Shown piece after piece: positions 1-10,306 of a stretch of 33,312 nt of DNA. Position 1 is the first letter of the stretch. Each line of letters begins with the position of its first letter. Source of the stretch: an uncultured Nitrospiraceae bacterium (GTDB taxonomy: Bacteria > Nitrospirota > Thermodesulfovibrionia > Thermodesulfovibrionales > Dissulfurispiraceae); the NCBI GenBank assembly GCA_947085205.1, contig CAMTVO010000032.1, positions 1 through 33,312 of the forward strand, in the 5' to 3' direction. The notes under the pieces were generated by a model. It was not told the origin of the DNA and made no database searches. It saw nothing but the letters and a program-made list of their open reading frames with translations. The translations under genes and the position numbers were made by a program.

Positions 1-142
1 AGAGATGGTAATGCCCGGAGACAATATAACCATGACAATAGAACTGATAGCGCCTATAGCAATGGAGAAGGAATTGAGATTTGCGATAAGAGAGGGCGGA
101 AGGACAGTAGGCGCTGGAGTCGTAACTGAGGTTTTGGAGTAG
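1..142 (+). CDS. tuf: Elongation factor Tu, C-terminal fragment (partial)
   Basis: Frame from nt 2 reads [46 protein letters not shown], the EF-Tu C-terminus; directly upstream of rpsJ. Confidence 0.97.
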   Translation, partial: EMVMPGDNITMTIELIAPIAMEKELRFAIREGGRTVGAGVVTEVLE

Positions 143-146
143 AAAG

Positions 147-452
147 GTGAACCAAAAGATTAGAATAAAATTAAGGGCATACGACCACAGACTTCTTGAC
201 AAGTCTGTAAGAGAGATAGTGGATACAGCGCAGAGGACAGGCGCGAGGATTGGGGGGCCTGTGCCATTGCCTACAAAGATAAGCAAATTTACTGTCCTCA
301 GGTCGCCCCATGTGGATAAGAAGTCGAGGGAGCAGTTCGAGATAAGGACTCACAAGAGGCTTATCGATATCTATGATCCGACTCCCGATACTGTTGATGC
401 ATTGATGAAGCTTGAGCTTGCTTCAGGGGTAGATGTGGAGATAAAGCTATGA
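147..452 (+). CDS. rpsJ: 30S ribosomal protein S10
   Basis: [11 protein letters not shown]...[17 protein letters not shown] start. Confidence 0.98.
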   Translation: MNQKIRIKLRAYDHRLLDKSVREIVDTAQRTGARIGGPVPLPTKISKFTVLRSPHVDKKSREQFEIRTHKRLIDIYDPTPDTVDALMKLELASGVDVEIKL

Positions 453-1060
453 CGGGTATTTTAGGCAAAAAATTAGGAATGACTCAAATATTTACCGAAG
501 ACGGCAGGCTTGTGCCTGTTACGGTTATCGAGGCAGGTCCTTGCTGTGTGGTGCAGGTCAAGACGCCTGAAAAGGACGGATACGAAGCCGTAAAGGTTGG
601 TTTTATCGAAGCGAAAAAGGAAAAGAATGTACCCAAGCCTCTCGCAGGCGTATTCAAAAAGGCAGGAACGTCTGTATTCAGGATATTAAAGGAGTTCCCC
701 ATGTCAGGATTCAAAGCAGGCGATATGATTAGGGCAGATAGCTTCAGCAAGGGTGATACAGTAACCGTATCAGGCATATCAAAGGGCAAGGGCTTTCAGG
801 GTGTGATGAAGAGGCATAATTTCAAAGGCGGACCTGCTTCACATGGGTCAACTCGTTACAGGGCTCCAGGGTCTATAGGCGCCAGCTCTTTTCCGTCAAG
901 GGTATGGAGGGGAATAAGAATGGCAGGACATATGGGAAGCGAAAGGGTTACTCTTAATAATCTGACGGTTGTTGATGTCCGCCCCGAGCAGAATCTTATA
1001 CTTGTAAAAGGTGCAGTGCCAGGCCATGCAAATTCGATTGTAGAGATAAGGAAGGCTTAA
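449..1060 (+). CDS. rplC: 50S ribosomal protein L3
   Basis: [28 protein letters not shown]; operon order. Confidence 0.98.
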   Translation: MTGILGKKLGMTQIFTEDGRLVPVTVIEAGPCCVVQVKTPEKDGYEAVKVGFIEAKKEKNVPKPLAGVFKKAGTSVFRILKEFPMSGFKAGDMIRADSFSKGDTVTVSGISKGKGFQGVMKRHNFKGGPASHGSTRYRAPGSIGASSFPSRVWRGIRMAGHMGSERVTLNNLTVVDVRPEQNLILVKGAVPGHANSIVEIRKA

Positions 1061-1075
1061 TACAGGGAGAACGAG

Positions 1076-1756
1076 ATGCTTGAGATAGAGATTAGAGATA
1101 TAAACAACAACCCGAAGGGAAAGGTAAATCTTTCAGAGGCGATATTCAACAATCCAGCCTCTGAGTCGGTAGTGCATTCTGCTGTTGTGAGCTATCTTGC
1201 AAATCAGAGGCAGGGCACCCATGCCACAAAAACAAGGGGATTTGTGAGCGGCGGCGGTAAGAAACCATGGAAACAGAAAAAGACAGGAAGGGCGAGGGCT
1301 GGCAGCACAAGGTCTCCTATCTGGAGGGGCGGCGGCATTGTATTCGGACCTCAGCCGAGGGATTATTCCATTAAACTGCCTCAGAATATGAAAAAGACCG
1401 CCCTTTATAAGGCATTGACAATGAAGCTCTCAGATGGCGAACTGGGCGTTGTGGATTCTATCTCTATGGACAAGCCGAGGACGAAGGATCTGGTAAACAT
1501 TTTAAAGAACATGGGATTGTCTGAAAAGACAGTGCTTATAGTGCTTCCTGAGAAAGGTGACAATATTATGCTCTCTGTCAGGAATATTCCTACTGCGGAT
1601 GTTATCAGGGTGTCCGACCTCAGCGCTTATCATATAGCAGCTTTTGGCCATGTGCTTTTTACTGCGGATGCCATTTCAAAGCTGCAGAGCGGGGTCTCCG
1701 AAAAATCTTGCGATTTTTCGGGGTCTGAGAGCAATGCGGAGGTGGCTGCTGTATGA
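1076..1756 (+). CDS. rplD: 50S ribosomal protein L4 with ~19 aa C-terminal extension
   Basis: RQGTHATKTRGFVSGGGKKPWKQK, GGGIVFGPQPRDY. Confidence 0.97.
   Translation: MLEIEIRDINNNPKGKVNLSEAIFNNPASESVVHSAVVSYLANQRQGTHATKTRGFVSGGGKKPWKQKKTGRARAGSTRSPIWRGGGIVFGPQPRDYSIKLPQNMKKTALYKALTMKLSDGELGVVDSISMDKPRTKDLVNILKNMGLSEKTVLIVLPEKGDNIMLSVRNIPTADVIRVSDLSAYHIAAFGHVLFTADAISKLQSGVSEKSCDFSGSESNAEVAAV
1691..1726. repeat. Small palindromic element inside the rplD 3' end, flanked by GGGGTCT direct repeats
   Basis: GGGGTCT-CCGAAAAATC-TTGC-GATTTTTC-GGGGTCT; 10-bp stem 1698-1707/1712-1721. Confidence 0.75.
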
Positions 1757-2040
1757 GGATAATCTATGATGTAATCAAAAAGCCTCTTTTCACAGAAAAG
1801 GGCATGGATATAAAAGAGAGGGAGAACAAGGTTCTCATAGAGGTTAATACGGCCTCCAATAAGCATGAGATTAAAAAGGCTGTTGAGGAGATATTCAAGG
1901 TAAAAGTTGCAAGGGTTGCCACAATCAATGACAAGGGCAAGATGAAGCGGTTCGGAAAATCTGTCGGCAAGACATCCGACAGGAAAAAGGCAATAATAAC
2001 ACTAAAAGAGGGCGAAAAGCTCGACTTTATCGAGGCCTAA
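1753..2040 (+). CDS. rplW: 50S ribosomal protein L23
   Basis: KPLFTEK, NKHEIKKAVEEIFKVKV, KKAIITL. Confidence 0.97.
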   Translation: MRIIYDVIKKPLFTEKGMDIKERENKVLIEVNTASNKHEIKKAVEEIFKVKVARVATINDKGKMKRFGKSVGKTSDRKKAIITLKEGEKLDFIEA

Positions 2041-2055
2041 AAGGAAGAGAGAGAA

Positions 2056-2874
2056 ATGGGAATAAGAAAATATAATCCGACATCTCCGGGAAGAAGATTC
2101 CAGAGTTCATCAGACTATAAGGATATAACGGCTGACAGCCCGTATAAACCGCTTTCATCTTCTTTAAAGAAAACAGGCGGCAGGAATAACAAAGGGCAGG
2201 TTACTGTATGGCAGAGGGGCGGAGGAAACAAGCGCACATACAGGATAATAGATTTCAACCGTAACAAGATAGGAATCCCGGCTACTGTTAAGACTATAGA
2301 GTACGACCCGAACAGGTCTGCCAGAATAGCCTTGCTGAAATACAGCGATGGAGAGCATAGATACATTCTTGCGCCGGCTGGTATTAGTGTCGGAGATACC
2401 GTAATGGCAGGCCCTGATGCTGAAATAAAGCCGGGGAATGCACTGCCGATAAGCGCAATTCCCCTCGGCACGATGATTCATAATATTGAATTAAGGCCGG
2501 GACAAGGCGCAAGGCTCGTAAGGACCGCAGGCGCGTCAGCGCAGATTGTTGCAAAGGAAGGAAAGTATGCGCAGATAAAGATGCCTTCCGGAGAGGTCAG
2601 ATTGGTAATAACGTCATGTTCGGCAACAATCGGGCAGGTGGGTAATATAGGTCACGAGAATATATCGTACGGCAAGGCCGGAAGGAAGAGATACCTTGGC
2701 AAGCGGCCTCATGTAAGAGGCGTTGCCATGAACCCGGTAGACCATCCATTGGGCGGCGGAGAAGGCAAGTCGTCAGGCGGAAGGCCTGCATGCTCGCCGT
2801 GGGGCAAGCCGGAGGGTATAAAGACAAGGCGTAACAAGAGAACGAATAAATTCATTGTAAAGAAACGGAAGTAA
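2056..2874 (+). CDS. rplB: 50S ribosomal protein L2
   Basis: [30 protein letters not shown]. Confidence 0.98.
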   Translation: MGIRKYNPTSPGRRFQSSSDYKDITADSPYKPLSSSLKKTGGRNNKGQVTVWQRGGGNKRTYRIIDFNRNKIGIPATVKTIEYDPNRSARIALLKYSDGEHRYILAPAGISVGDTVMAGPDAEIKPGNALPISAIPLGTMIHNIELRPGQGARLVRTAGASAQIVAKEGKYAQIKMPSGEVRLVITSCSATIGQVGNIGHENISYGKAGRKRYLGKRPHVRGVAMNPVDHPLGGGEGKSSGGRPACSPWGKPEGIKTRRNKRTNKFIVKKRK

Positions 2875-2885
2875 CGGAGGTAGAA

Positions 2886-3170
2886 GTGCCAAGATCCTTA
2901 AAAAAAGGGCCGTATGTAGAGCCGAAGCTTATGAAAAAGGTTGAGACCATGATTACTGCTGGAGACAAGAAGATGATCAAGACATGGTCGAGAAGGTCCA
3001 CAGTAATGCCTGAGTTTATAGGCTTTACATTTGCGGTGCACAACGGAAGGAAATTTATACCTGTTTATGTAACTGAAAATATGGTTGGACATAAGTTTGG
3101 TGAATTTGCCCCAACAAAGACATTTAAAGGCCATGCAGGCTCGGCAAAGACAACATCGGTGAAGGGTTAA
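2886..3170 (+). CDS. rpsS: 30S ribosomal protein S19
   Basis: [28 protein letters not shown]. Confidence 0.98.
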   Translation: MPRSLKKGPYVEPKLMKKVETMITAGDKKMIKTWSRRSTVMPEFIGFTFAVHNGRKFIPVYVTENMVGHKFGEFAPTKTFKGHAGSAKTTSVKG

Positions 3171-3174
3171 TAAT

Positions 3175-3510
3175 ATGGAATCAAGGGCAATTTTAAGATA
3201 CGCAAAGATTACGCCGAGGAAGGCGAGAAGGGTTATAGACCTCATAAGGGGCAAGGGGGCTTCGGATGCCCTTATATCACTGAGGTATATGCCGTATAGA
3301 GGGGCAGTAATTATAGCAAAGCTTTTGAAATCTGCAATGGCAAATGCAGAACAGAAAAGCAGCCATGTGGATATAGATAAATTAAAGGTAAAGACCGCCC
3401 TTGTGGATCAGGGGCCTGTTATGAAAAGGATGGAACCCCGTGCTATGGGCAGGGCGAATACAATAAGAAAGAGAACCTCTCATATAACAATCATCCTGTC
3501 TGAGGAATAA
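3175..3510 (+). CDS. rplV: 50S ribosomal protein L22
   Basis: PRKARRVIDLIRG, PRAMGRA, RTSHITI. Confidence 0.98.
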   Translation: MESRAILRYAKITPRKARRVIDLIRGKGASDALISLRYMPYRGAVIIAKLLKSAMANAEQKSSHVDIDKLKVKTALVDQGPVMKRMEPRAMGRANTIRKRTSHITIILSEE

Positions 3511-3527
3511 TTTAAGGAGGTATTGAT

Positions 3528-4184
3528 TTGGGTCAGAAGACAAATCCAATCGGCAACAGGGTCGGAATAATCAGGACATGGGAATCGAGATGGTTCCTTA
3601 AGAAGGGCTATGCCGACAGTCTCATAGAGGATATAAATGTCCGCAGTCAGATTAAAAAGAAATTATTCCACGCAGGTGTCTCCAAGATAGAGATAGAGAG
3701 GCCGGGGCAGAAGCTTAAGATTATTATTTATACAGCAAGGCCCGGAATAATAATAGGCAAAAGGGGCGCAGAAGTAGAAAAACTTAAAAAAGAAGTCGAA
3801 GGCATCACACGAAAGCAGGTTTCTATTGATATAAAAGAGGTAAGAAAGCCTGAGGTGAATGCACAGCTTGTTGCCGAAAACATTGCGCTTCAGCTTGAAA
3901 AGAGGGTTGCATTCAGGAGGGCATTAAAGAGGGCCGTATCTTCTGCCATGAGGTTCGGCGCTCTAGGAATAAAGGTCCAGTGTTCCGGAAGGTTGGCAGG
4001 CGCCGAGATAGCAAGGTCTGAATGGTACAGGGAAGGAAGGGTTCCTCTCAGCACATTCAGGGCAGATATTGACTACGGCTTTGCAGAATCGAGGACTACT
4101 TATGGGAAGATAGGCATTAAGGTCTGGCTATATCACGGAGATGTTCTTCCTGAGCAGACTATAACTTCTTTGGCAGGAGCGTAA
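3528..4184 (+). CDS. rpsC: 30S ribosomal protein S3
   Basis: [26 protein letters not shown] start after AAGGAGG. Confidence 0.98.
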   Translation: MGQKTNPIGNRVGIIRTWESRWFLKKGYADSLIEDINVRSQIKKKLFHAGVSKIEIERPGQKLKIIIYTARPGIIIGKRGAEVEKLKKEVEGITRKQVSIDIKEVRKPEVNAQLVAENIALQLEKRVAFRRALKRAVSSAMRFGALGIKVQCSGRLAGAEIARSEWYREGRVPLSTFRADIDYGFAESRTTYGKIGIKVWLYHGDVLPEQTITSLAGA

Positions 4185-4188
4185 TGGT

Positions 4189-4608
4189 ATGTTAGCGCCG
4201 AAAAAGGTTAAATACAGAAAGATGATGAAAGGCAACATGAACGGCAAGGCCTACAGAGGAGCAGATGTCTCCTTTGGCGAGTTCGGCATGAAGGCTATGG
4301 AGCCGGGCTGGATAACAAGCCGTCAGATAGAGGCAGCAAGAGTTGCCATAACAAGGCATGCTAAGAAGGGCTGCAAGGTCTGGATAAGGATATTCCCCGA
4401 CAAGCCGATCACAAAAAAGCCCGCAGAAACAAGAATGGGAAAAGGAAAGGGAAATCCTGAGTACTGGGTGGCTGTTATAAAACCAGGAAGAATACTTTAC
4501 GAGGTGTCCGGCATCAGCGAAGATGTCGCAAAAGAGGCATTTAAGCGTGCCTCTCGGAAGCTGCCTGTTGCTGTAAAATTCGTCAAGAGAGAGGAGGCTG
4601 TATCATGA
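4189..4608 (+). CDS. rplP: 50S ribosomal protein L16
   Basis: [13 protein letters not shown]. Confidence 0.98.
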   Translation: MLAPKKVKYRKMMKGNMNGKAYRGADVSFGEFGMKAMEPGWITSRQIEAARVAITRHAKKGCKVWIRIFPDKPITKKPAETRMGKGKGNPEYWVAVIKPGRILYEVSGISEDVAKEAFKRASRKLPVAVKFVKREEAVS

Positions 4609-4799
4609 AGCCTTCCGAGCTTAGGGCATTGTCGGTCGAGGAATTAAAGCAGAAAGAGATGGATTTGAGAAAGGAACTGTTCAACCTGAGGTTTCAACTC
4701 TCTAAGGGAGAGCTGCCGAACAATATGAGGGTGCGTGCAGTCCGCAAGGATATAACAAGAGTTCTTACTATAATTACGGAAAAACAAAAAGGGGTATAG
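4605..4799 (+). CDS. rpmC: 50S ribosomal protein L29
   Basis: ELFNLRFQ; operon order. Confidence 0.97.
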   Translation: MKPSELRALSVEELKQKEMDLRKELFNLRFQLSKGELPNNMRVRAVRKDITRVLTIITEKQKGV

Positions 4800-4802
4800 G
4801 AA

Positions 4803-5051
4803 ATGCCTAAGAAGGTTTATACGGGTAAAGTAGTCAGCGATAAGATGGACAAGACTGTGGTTGTTGCGGTAACAAGGACATTCCAGCATCCATTGTATAA
4901 GAAGACCGTTAAAAAGATCACCAAATTCAAGGCGCACGACGAAGAGAATAAATGCAAGACCGGAGACACCGTCCAGATAATAGAGAGCAGGCCGCTGAGC
5001 AAGGATAAAAGGTGGCAGGTAATTAAAATAGTCGAAGGCGAGGGCAGATAG
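4803..5051 (+). CDS. rpsQ: 30S ribosomal protein S17
   Basis: [25 protein letters not shown]. Confidence 0.98.
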   Translation: MPKKVYTGKVVSDKMDKTVVVAVTRTFQHPLYKKTVKKITKFKAHDEENKCKTGDTVQIIESRPLSKDKRWQVIKIVEGEGR

Positions 5052-5053
5052 AT

Positions 5054-5422
5054 ATGATACAGCCGAGGAGCATTCTTGAAGTGGCAGACAATTCAGGAGC
5101 CAAAAAGGTCCAGTGCATAAGGGTGCTTGGTGGTTCTAACAGGAGATACGCAAGGCTCGGCGACATTGTCGTAGTGAGCGTAAAGGAGGCGATTCCTGAA
5201 GGCAATGTAAAGAAAGGCGCCAAGGCAAGGGCTGTTGTAGTCAGGACAAAAAAGGAGACGAGGAGACCTGACGGTTCATATATAAGATTTGACCAGAACG
5301 CAGTGGTTCTTATCAATGATCAGCTTGAGCCCATAGGAACAAGAATATTTGGTCCGGTTGCAAGGGAATTGAGATGGAAAGAATTCATGAAGATTATATC
5401 CCTTGCCCCGGAGGTTCTGTAG
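5054..5422 (+). CDS. rplN: 50S ribosomal protein L14
   Basis: [28 protein letters not shown]. Confidence 0.98.
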   Translation: MIQPRSILEVADNSGAKKVQCIRVLGGSNRRYARLGDIVVVSVKEAIPEGNVKKGAKARAVVVRTKKETRRPDGSYIRFDQNAVVLINDQLEPIGTRIFGPVARELRWKEFMKIISLAPEVL

Positions 5423-5431
5423 GAGGATAAT

Positions 5432-5752
5432 GTGGGTCTAAGAATTAAGAAGGGTGATACAGCGATAGTACTATCGGGAAAGAATAAAGGCAAAAGCGGA
5501 AGGGTTTTGTCTGTCCTGCCTTCAAAGGAACGGGTAATCATCGAGGGCTTGAATATCGTAAAGAAGCATATGAAGCCTAGCAAGAAACATACGCAGGGCG
5601 GGATAATAGAAAAAGAAGCGCCGATGCATATATCTAATGTTATGCTGATGTGCCCTAAGTGCAGCAAGCCTACGAGGATAGGCAATACAGTGTTCGATGA
5701 CGGCGGCAAAAAGCTCAGGACATGCAAGAAGTGTAAGGAGGTCATAGATTAA
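5432..5752 (+). CDS. rplX: 50S ribosomal protein L24
   Basis: [22 protein letters not shown]; two CxxC motifs. Confidence 0.97.
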   Translation: MGLRIKKGDTAIVLSGKNKGKSGRVLSVLPSKERVIIEGLNIVKKHMKPSKKHTQGGIIEKEAPMHISNVMLMCPKCSKPTRIGNTVFDDGGKKLRTCKKCKEVID

Positions 5753-5754
5753 TA

Positions 5755-6297
5755 ATGGCACCGAGGCTGAAGGAGAAATATACAAAAGAGATAGTGCCGG
5801 CAATAATGAAGGAGTTTTCATATAAAAGCGTCATGCAGGTCCCGAGGTTCGAAAAGGTGGTTGTCCATGTTACACTCGGAGAGGCTACACAGAATATCAA
5901 ACTCCTTGATGCGGCAGAGAGGGAGCTTGCTGTAATTACAGGACAGAAGCCCCTTATCACAAAGTCTAAAAAGGCGATAGCAGGTTTTAAGTTGAGAAAG
6001 GGTGTTCCCCTCGGATGCAAAGTTACTTTAAGAGGCGACAGGATGTATGAATTCCTCGACAGACTTATAAGCGTGGCATTGCCGAGAATAAGGGATTTTA
6101 AGGGTTTTTCCGGGAAGTCCTTCGACGGCAAGGGTAATTATACCCTCGGTCTTAAGGAGCAGTACATTTTCCCTGAGATAGATTATGATAAGGTTGAGAT
6201 GGTGCATGGGCTTGACATTACCATATGCACTACGGCAAAAACAGATGAAGAGTGTAAGGCATTGCTGAGACAAATGGGAATGCCGTTTAGGAGGTAA
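5755..6297 (+). CDS. rplE: 50S ribosomal protein L5
   Basis: [26 protein letters not shown]. Confidence 0.98.
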   Translation: MAPRLKEKYTKEIVPAIMKEFSYKSVMQVPRFEKVVVHVTLGEATQNIKLLDAAERELAVITGQKPLITKSKKAIAGFKLRKGVPLGCKVTLRGDRMYEFLDRLISVALPRIRDFKGFSGKSFDGKGNYTLGLKEQYIFPEIDYDKVEMVHGLDITICTTAKTDEECKALLRQMGMPFRR

Positions 6298-6307
6298 GGA
6301 GGATTTT

Positions 6308-6493
6308 GTGGCAAAGACATGCATGATTGAGAAATCTAAAAGACAGCCGAAGTTTAAGGTCAGGGCTCATAATAGATGCAAGGTATGCGGCAGGCCAAAG
6401 GGTTATTTAAGAAAATTTGGCCTTTGTAGAATTTGTTTCAGGACACTTGCTCTCCGGGGACAGATACCCGGAGTGACAAAATCAAGCTGGTAG
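6308..6493 (+). CDS. rpsZ: 30S ribosomal protein S14, short Zn-binding type Z
   Basis: 61 aa; RCKVCGRP...[16 protein letters not shown]. Confidence 0.96.
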   Translation: MAKTCMIEKSKRQPKFKVRAHNRCKVCGRPKGYLRKFGLCRICFRTLALRGQIPGVTKSSW

Positions 6494-6502
6494 AGGTGTG
6501 GA

Positions 6503-6898
6503 ATGTTAACTGATCCAATTGCAGATATGCTGACCCGGGTAAGGAACGCAATCCTTATAAAAAACGAAAAGGTGGATATTCCTGCCTCCAAAATAAAGGT
6601 TGAGATAGTAAAGATTCTAAAAGAAGAGGGTTTTATCAAATCCTACAAGATTATTAAGGATAAAAAACAGGGTATTTTAAGAGTGACCCTTAAGTATACG
6701 CCCGAAAACGAGTCCATAATATCCGGACTCCAAAGAATAAGCAAGCCAGGAAGAAGGGTCTATGTAGGAAAGAGCGAGATGCCTAAGGTAATGGGCGGAG
6801 TAGGAATTGCAATCGTCACAACGCCGAAGGGTATATTGAGCGATAAGGACTGCCGCAGGGAAGGCGTTGGCGGCGAACTATTATGCTATGTATGGTAA
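6503..6898 (+). CDS. rpsH: 30S ribosomal protein S8
   Basis: [30 protein letters not shown]. Confidence 0.98.
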   Translation: MLTDPIADMLTRVRNAILIKNEKVDIPASKIKVEIVKILKEEGFIKSYKIIKDKKQGILRVTLKYTPENESIISGLQRISKPGRRVYVGKSEMPKVMGGVGIAIVTTPKGILSDKDCRREGVGGELLCYVW

Positions 6899-6908
6899 GG
6901 AGAGATAG

Positions 6909-7451
6909 ATGTCGAGAGTAGGCAAGAAACCTATAGAGATACCTCAGGGTGTAAATGTTGATGTAAAGAGCGATGTCGTCAAGGTGAAAGGGTCTAAGGG
7001 AGAGATGAGCTATTCTCTGCCGGAGGGTGTAAAGGTCTCCCTTGTCGACAGCAAGATAGTCGTGGAAAGGGGCTCCAATACTAAAGTTGACAGGGCATTA
7101 CACGGTCTTGCCCGGAGTTTGATATCCAACATGGTAAGCGGAGTCTCGAAGGGGTATGAAAGGGTGCTCGAGATAACCGGTATCGGTTACAGGGCGCAGG
7201 TAAAAGGCAATAAGATTGTATTTACGCTCGGCTATTCGCATCCTGTTGAGTTTGATCTCCCGGCAGGCGTTTCCGCCAAGGTTGACGACAAGCAGACCAC
7301 AATAACGCTCAGCGGCATAGACAAACAGCTTTTAGGACAGGTTGCTGCAAATATTAAAGAGTTGAGATCGCCTGATGCTTACAAAGGCAAAGGCATCAGA
7401 TATTCCGGTGAGAGGATTAAACTGAAGGCCGGTAAGACAGGCAAGAAATAA
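6909..7451 (+). CDS. rplF: 50S ribosomal protein L6
   Basis: MSRVGKKPI, LGYSHP, PDAYKGKGIRY. Confidence 0.98.
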   Translation: MSRVGKKPIEIPQGVNVDVKSDVVKVKGSKGEMSYSLPEGVKVSLVDSKIVVERGSNTKVDRALHGLARSLISNMVSGVSKGYERVLEITGIGYRAQVKGNKIVFTLGYSHPVEFDLPAGVSAKVDDKQTTITLSGIDKQLLGQVAANIKELRSPDAYKGKGIRYSGERIKLKAGKTGKK

Positions 7452-7455
7452 TTGA

Positions 7456-7506
7456 TGATTTGTGATTGCAGATTTCAGATTTTAAAAAAATTATAAATCA
7501 TAAATC
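7456..7506. repeat. Heptamer tandem array with inverted arms between rplF and rplR
   Basis: TGATTTG TGATTGC AGATTTC AGATTTT ... AAATTAT AAATCAT AAATC. Confidence 0.75.
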
Positions 7507-7516
7507 GGAGGATTGG

Positions 7517-7876
7517 GTGAATATCAAGGAACTGGCAAGACAGAGAAGACATAAAAGGCTGAGAAAAAAGGTGTCAGGGACCACTGAAAGGCCGAGGCTC
7601 AGCGTCCGCAGAAGCCTTAATCATACATATGCACAGATTATTGATGATACAAAAGGACATACCATTGTCTCTGCCTCGACCCTCGACAAAGAGTTAAGGG
7701 ATGATAAAGGACACAAGGGCAATGCAGCGATGGCCAAAAAAGTGGGACAGTTGCTTGCATCAAAGGCGGCAAAGGCTGGACTGAAGAGTATCGTGTTTGA
7801 CAGAGGCGGTTATAAATATCATGGATGTATAAAGGCCCTTGCCGAAGCTGCAAGGGAAGGCGGATTAGAATTTTAA
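7517..7876 (+). CDS. rplR: 50S ribosomal protein L18 (start moved to GTG 7517)
   Basis: [24 protein letters not shown] at 7507-7511 precedes GTG. Confidence 0.95.
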   Translation: MNIKELARQRRHKRLRKKVSGTTERPRLSVRRSLNHTYAQIIDDTKGHTIVSASTLDKELRDDKGHKGNAAMAKKVGQLLASKAAKAGLKSIVFDRGGYKYHGCIKALAEAAREGGLEF

Positions 7877-7909
7877 ATTTCAAATTTCAAATTTCAAATT
7901 TGAAATTTT
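7868..7909. repeat. AAATTTC heptamer tandem array at the rplR-rpsE junction
   Basis: GAATTTT AAATTTC AAATTTC AAATTTC AAATTTG AAATTTT. Confidence 0.85.
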
Positions 7910-7919
7910 CTTAGGAGGC

Positions 7920-8444
7920 ATGGTGAAAACTGAGAGGATCGACGCCGAGGGGCGTAATCTAAAAGATAAGGTTGTGTATATAAACAGGGTTGCCAAGGTC
8001 GTAAAGGGAGGAAGAAGGTTTTCTTTCAGCGCCCTTGTTGTTGTAGGCGATGAAAGCGGTATTGTGGGCGTCGGTAAAGGCAAGGCAGCCGAAGTTCCAG
8101 AGGCGATAAGAAAGGCTGTTGAGCAGGCAAAGAAGAGATTAATGAGATTCCCTCTTAAGGAGGGGACAATACCGCATAGAATTGTAGGGCGTTACGGCGC
8201 AAACTCGGTAGTTATGAACCCTGCCAAGAAAGGCACCGGATTGATTGCAGGCGGCGCTGTGCGCGCTGTTTTTGAAGTGGCCGGCATACACGACATTGTC
8301 GCAAAGTCTCTCGGCGGCCACAATCCCTTTAATGCAGTCAAGGCAACTCTTAACGGACTGGGCAACCTTAAGAATCTTGATAATGTATTAAAACTGAGGG
8401 GCAAATCTGAGGAAGAGTCCGCATCCGAAGAGACAAGCGAATAG
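7920..8444 (+). CDS. rpsE: 30S ribosomal protein S5
   Basis: [24 protein letters not shown]. Confidence 0.98.
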   Translation: MVKTERIDAEGRNLKDKVVYINRVAKVVKGGRRFSFSALVVVGDESGIVGVGKGKAAEVPEAIRKAVEQAKKRLMRFPLKEGTIPHRIVGRYGANSVVMNPAKKGTGLIAGGAVRAVFEVAGIHDIVAKSLGGHNPFNAVKATLNGLGNLKNLDNVLKLRGKSEEESASEETSE

Positions 8445-8461
8445 GAGGTAAGGATTAAATT

Positions 8462-8914
8462 ATGAAGATACAGGATTTAACCCCGGCAGGAGGCAGCAAG
8501 AGGAGGGCTAAAAGAATAGGTCGCGGACCTGGCTCGGGACACGGCAAGACAGCCACAAAAGGACATAAAGGACAAAAGGCCCGCTCTGGAGGCACAAAAG
8601 GGCCTGCTTTCGAAGGCGGCCAGACACCTTTACAGAGAAGACTGCCGAAGAGGGGGTTTAAGAACAGCCCGTTTAAAAAGGAGTATGCCGTATTGAATCT
8701 CAAAGATATCTCAAGTCTGGCAAGTCTGGAGGGCATTGAGACCATAACGCCTGAAACGCTTTTGGAGAAAAGGATAATTAAAGACTTGAAGGACGGCATA
8801 AAGATACTCGGCGAGGGCGATATTAAAAGGCCGTTGTCAATAAAAGCCCATGCCTTTAGTGCTTCTGCAATCTCCAAGATAAATGCTGCCGGCGGTAAGG
8901 CCGAGGTGCTTTAA
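8462..8914 (+). CDS. rplO: 50S ribosomal protein L15
   Basis: [28 protein letters not shown]. Confidence 0.98.
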   Translation: MKIQDLTPAGGSKRRAKRIGRGPGSGHGKTATKGHKGQKARSGGTKGPAFEGGQTPLQRRLPKRGFKNSPFKKEYAVLNLKDISSLASLEGIETITPETLLEKRIIKDLKDGIKILGEGDIKRPLSIKAHAFSASAISKINAAGGKAEVL

Positions 8915-8916
8915 CA

Positions 8917-10221
8917 TTGGGAGTCCTCTCAAATATCAGAAACATATTCAAAATCCCTGAGCTCAAAGTCAGGATTCTTTTTACATTAAGCCTCCTTATT
9001 GTTTATAGAATCGGAGCGCATATCCCCACTCCAGGCATTAACGGAGAGGCATTGAGCAGATTCCTCACAGAAAGAGCCGGCGCTCTCATGGGCTTTTTCG
9101 ATATGTTTACAGGAGGCGCCCTTTCACAGATGGCTATTTTTGCCCTCGGAATAATGCCTTACATCAGCGCTTCCATTATATTTCAGCTTCTGACTGTTGT
9201 TATTCCTGCACTTGGCAAGATCGCCAAGGAGGGCGAGGCCGGCAGGAAAAAGATCGTTAAATACACAAGGTATGCAACTATTGTTATAGCGGCAATTCAG
9301 TCATTTGGAATGGCGATAGGCATAGAAGGCATGCAGGGCGGCGAGTTTGTCCAGAATCCCGGCTGGTCATTCAGGCTGCTTACAATGATTACATTGACAT
9401 CCGGAACCGCCTTTTTGATGTGGCTCGGAGAGCAGATAACAGAAAGGGGAATCGGAAACGGCATATCTCTGATAATATTTGCAGGAATAGTTGCAAGCTT
9501 ACCTCGCGCTGTCGTAAGCACTTTAGGTCTCGTAAGGGCAGGAGAGCTTTCGGTATTCTTTGTATTGATACTTGCTATAATGATGCTTGCAGTTGTCGGC
9601 GGCATTATCTTTATAGAGAGGGGGCAGAGGAAGATACCCGTGCAGTATGCCAGAAGAATTGTGGGTAAAAAGATGTTTGGAGGACAGACAACTCATCTGC
9701 CGTTGAAGGTAAATACATCCGGTGTCATACCTCCCATATTCGCCTCGTCCATAATAATGTTTCCGGCAACTGTGGCGGGTTTTATCGCCATTCCATGGGT
9801 CCAGTCCATTGCAAAACAGCTTGCCCCAGGTAATAGTATTTATACGATGTTGTATGTTGGCTTGATATTCTTTTTCAGCTATTTTTATACAGCGGTAATA
9901 TTCAATCCGGTGGATATTGCAGAAAATCTACAAAAGCACGGCGGTTTTATTCCGGGTATAAGGCCGGGACAGAAGACTTCGGAATACATTTACAGGGTAC
10001 TCACGAGGCTTACATTTGTCGGAGCTGTATATCTGGCGGTAGTGTGTGTCATACCTGAGATTTTAATCGCAGAGTTTAATGTTCCCTTCTATTTCGGAGG
10101 AACATCCCTTCTGATAGTTGTTGGCGTTGCCCTCGACACTGTTTCTCAGATAGAGTCGCATCTGGTGACAAGGTCGTACGAAGGTTTTCTGAAAAAGGGA
10201 AGGGTGAAGGGCAGAAGATGA
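8917..10221 (+). CDS. secY: Preprotein translocase subunit SecY
   Basis: ALGIMPYISASII, GIGNGISLIIF, FIPGIRPG, GGTSLLIVVGV. Confidence 0.98.
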   Translation: MGVLSNIRNIFKIPELKVRILFTLSLLIVYRIGAHIPTPGINGEALSRFLTERAGALMGFFDMFTGGALSQMAIFALGIMPYISASIIFQLLTVVIPALGKIAKEGEAGRKKIVKYTRYATIVIAAIQSFGMAIGIEGMQGGEFVQNPGWSFRLLTMITLTSGTAFLMWLGEQITERGIGNGISLIIFAGIVASLPRAVVSTLGLVRAGELSVFFVLILAIMMLAVVGGIIFIERGQRKIPVQYARRIVGKKMFGGQTTHLPLKVNTSGVIPPIFASSIIMFPATVAGFIAIPWVQSIAKQLAPGNSIYTMLYVGLIFFFSYFYTAVIFNPVDIAENLQKHGGFIPGIRPGQKTSEYIYRVLTRLTFVGAVYLAVVCVIPEILIAEFNVPFYFGGTSLLIVVGVALDTVSQIESHLVTRSYEGFLKKGRVKGRR

Positions 10222-10300
10222 TGAGCGTAAAGCGTTATAGAGTACAGCGTTGAGCGTGAATAGAAGCACTATAACGCAATAACGCATAACGCTATAACGA
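10222..10300. repeat. 7-8-mer tandem array with complementary arms between secY and map
   Basis: Left arm AGCGT-containing units (TGAGCGT AAAGCGT..ACAGCGT TGAGCGT); right arm ATAACGC units. Confidence 0.8.
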
Positions 10301-10306
10301 AAAATC

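Noticed and set aside
7466..7516. N-terminal extension of L18 (likewise for Fmt, MlaE, and hydrogenase alpha and gamma)
   Set aside because: The extensions come from repeat arrays or the upstream gene; downstream starts fit family N-termini better.
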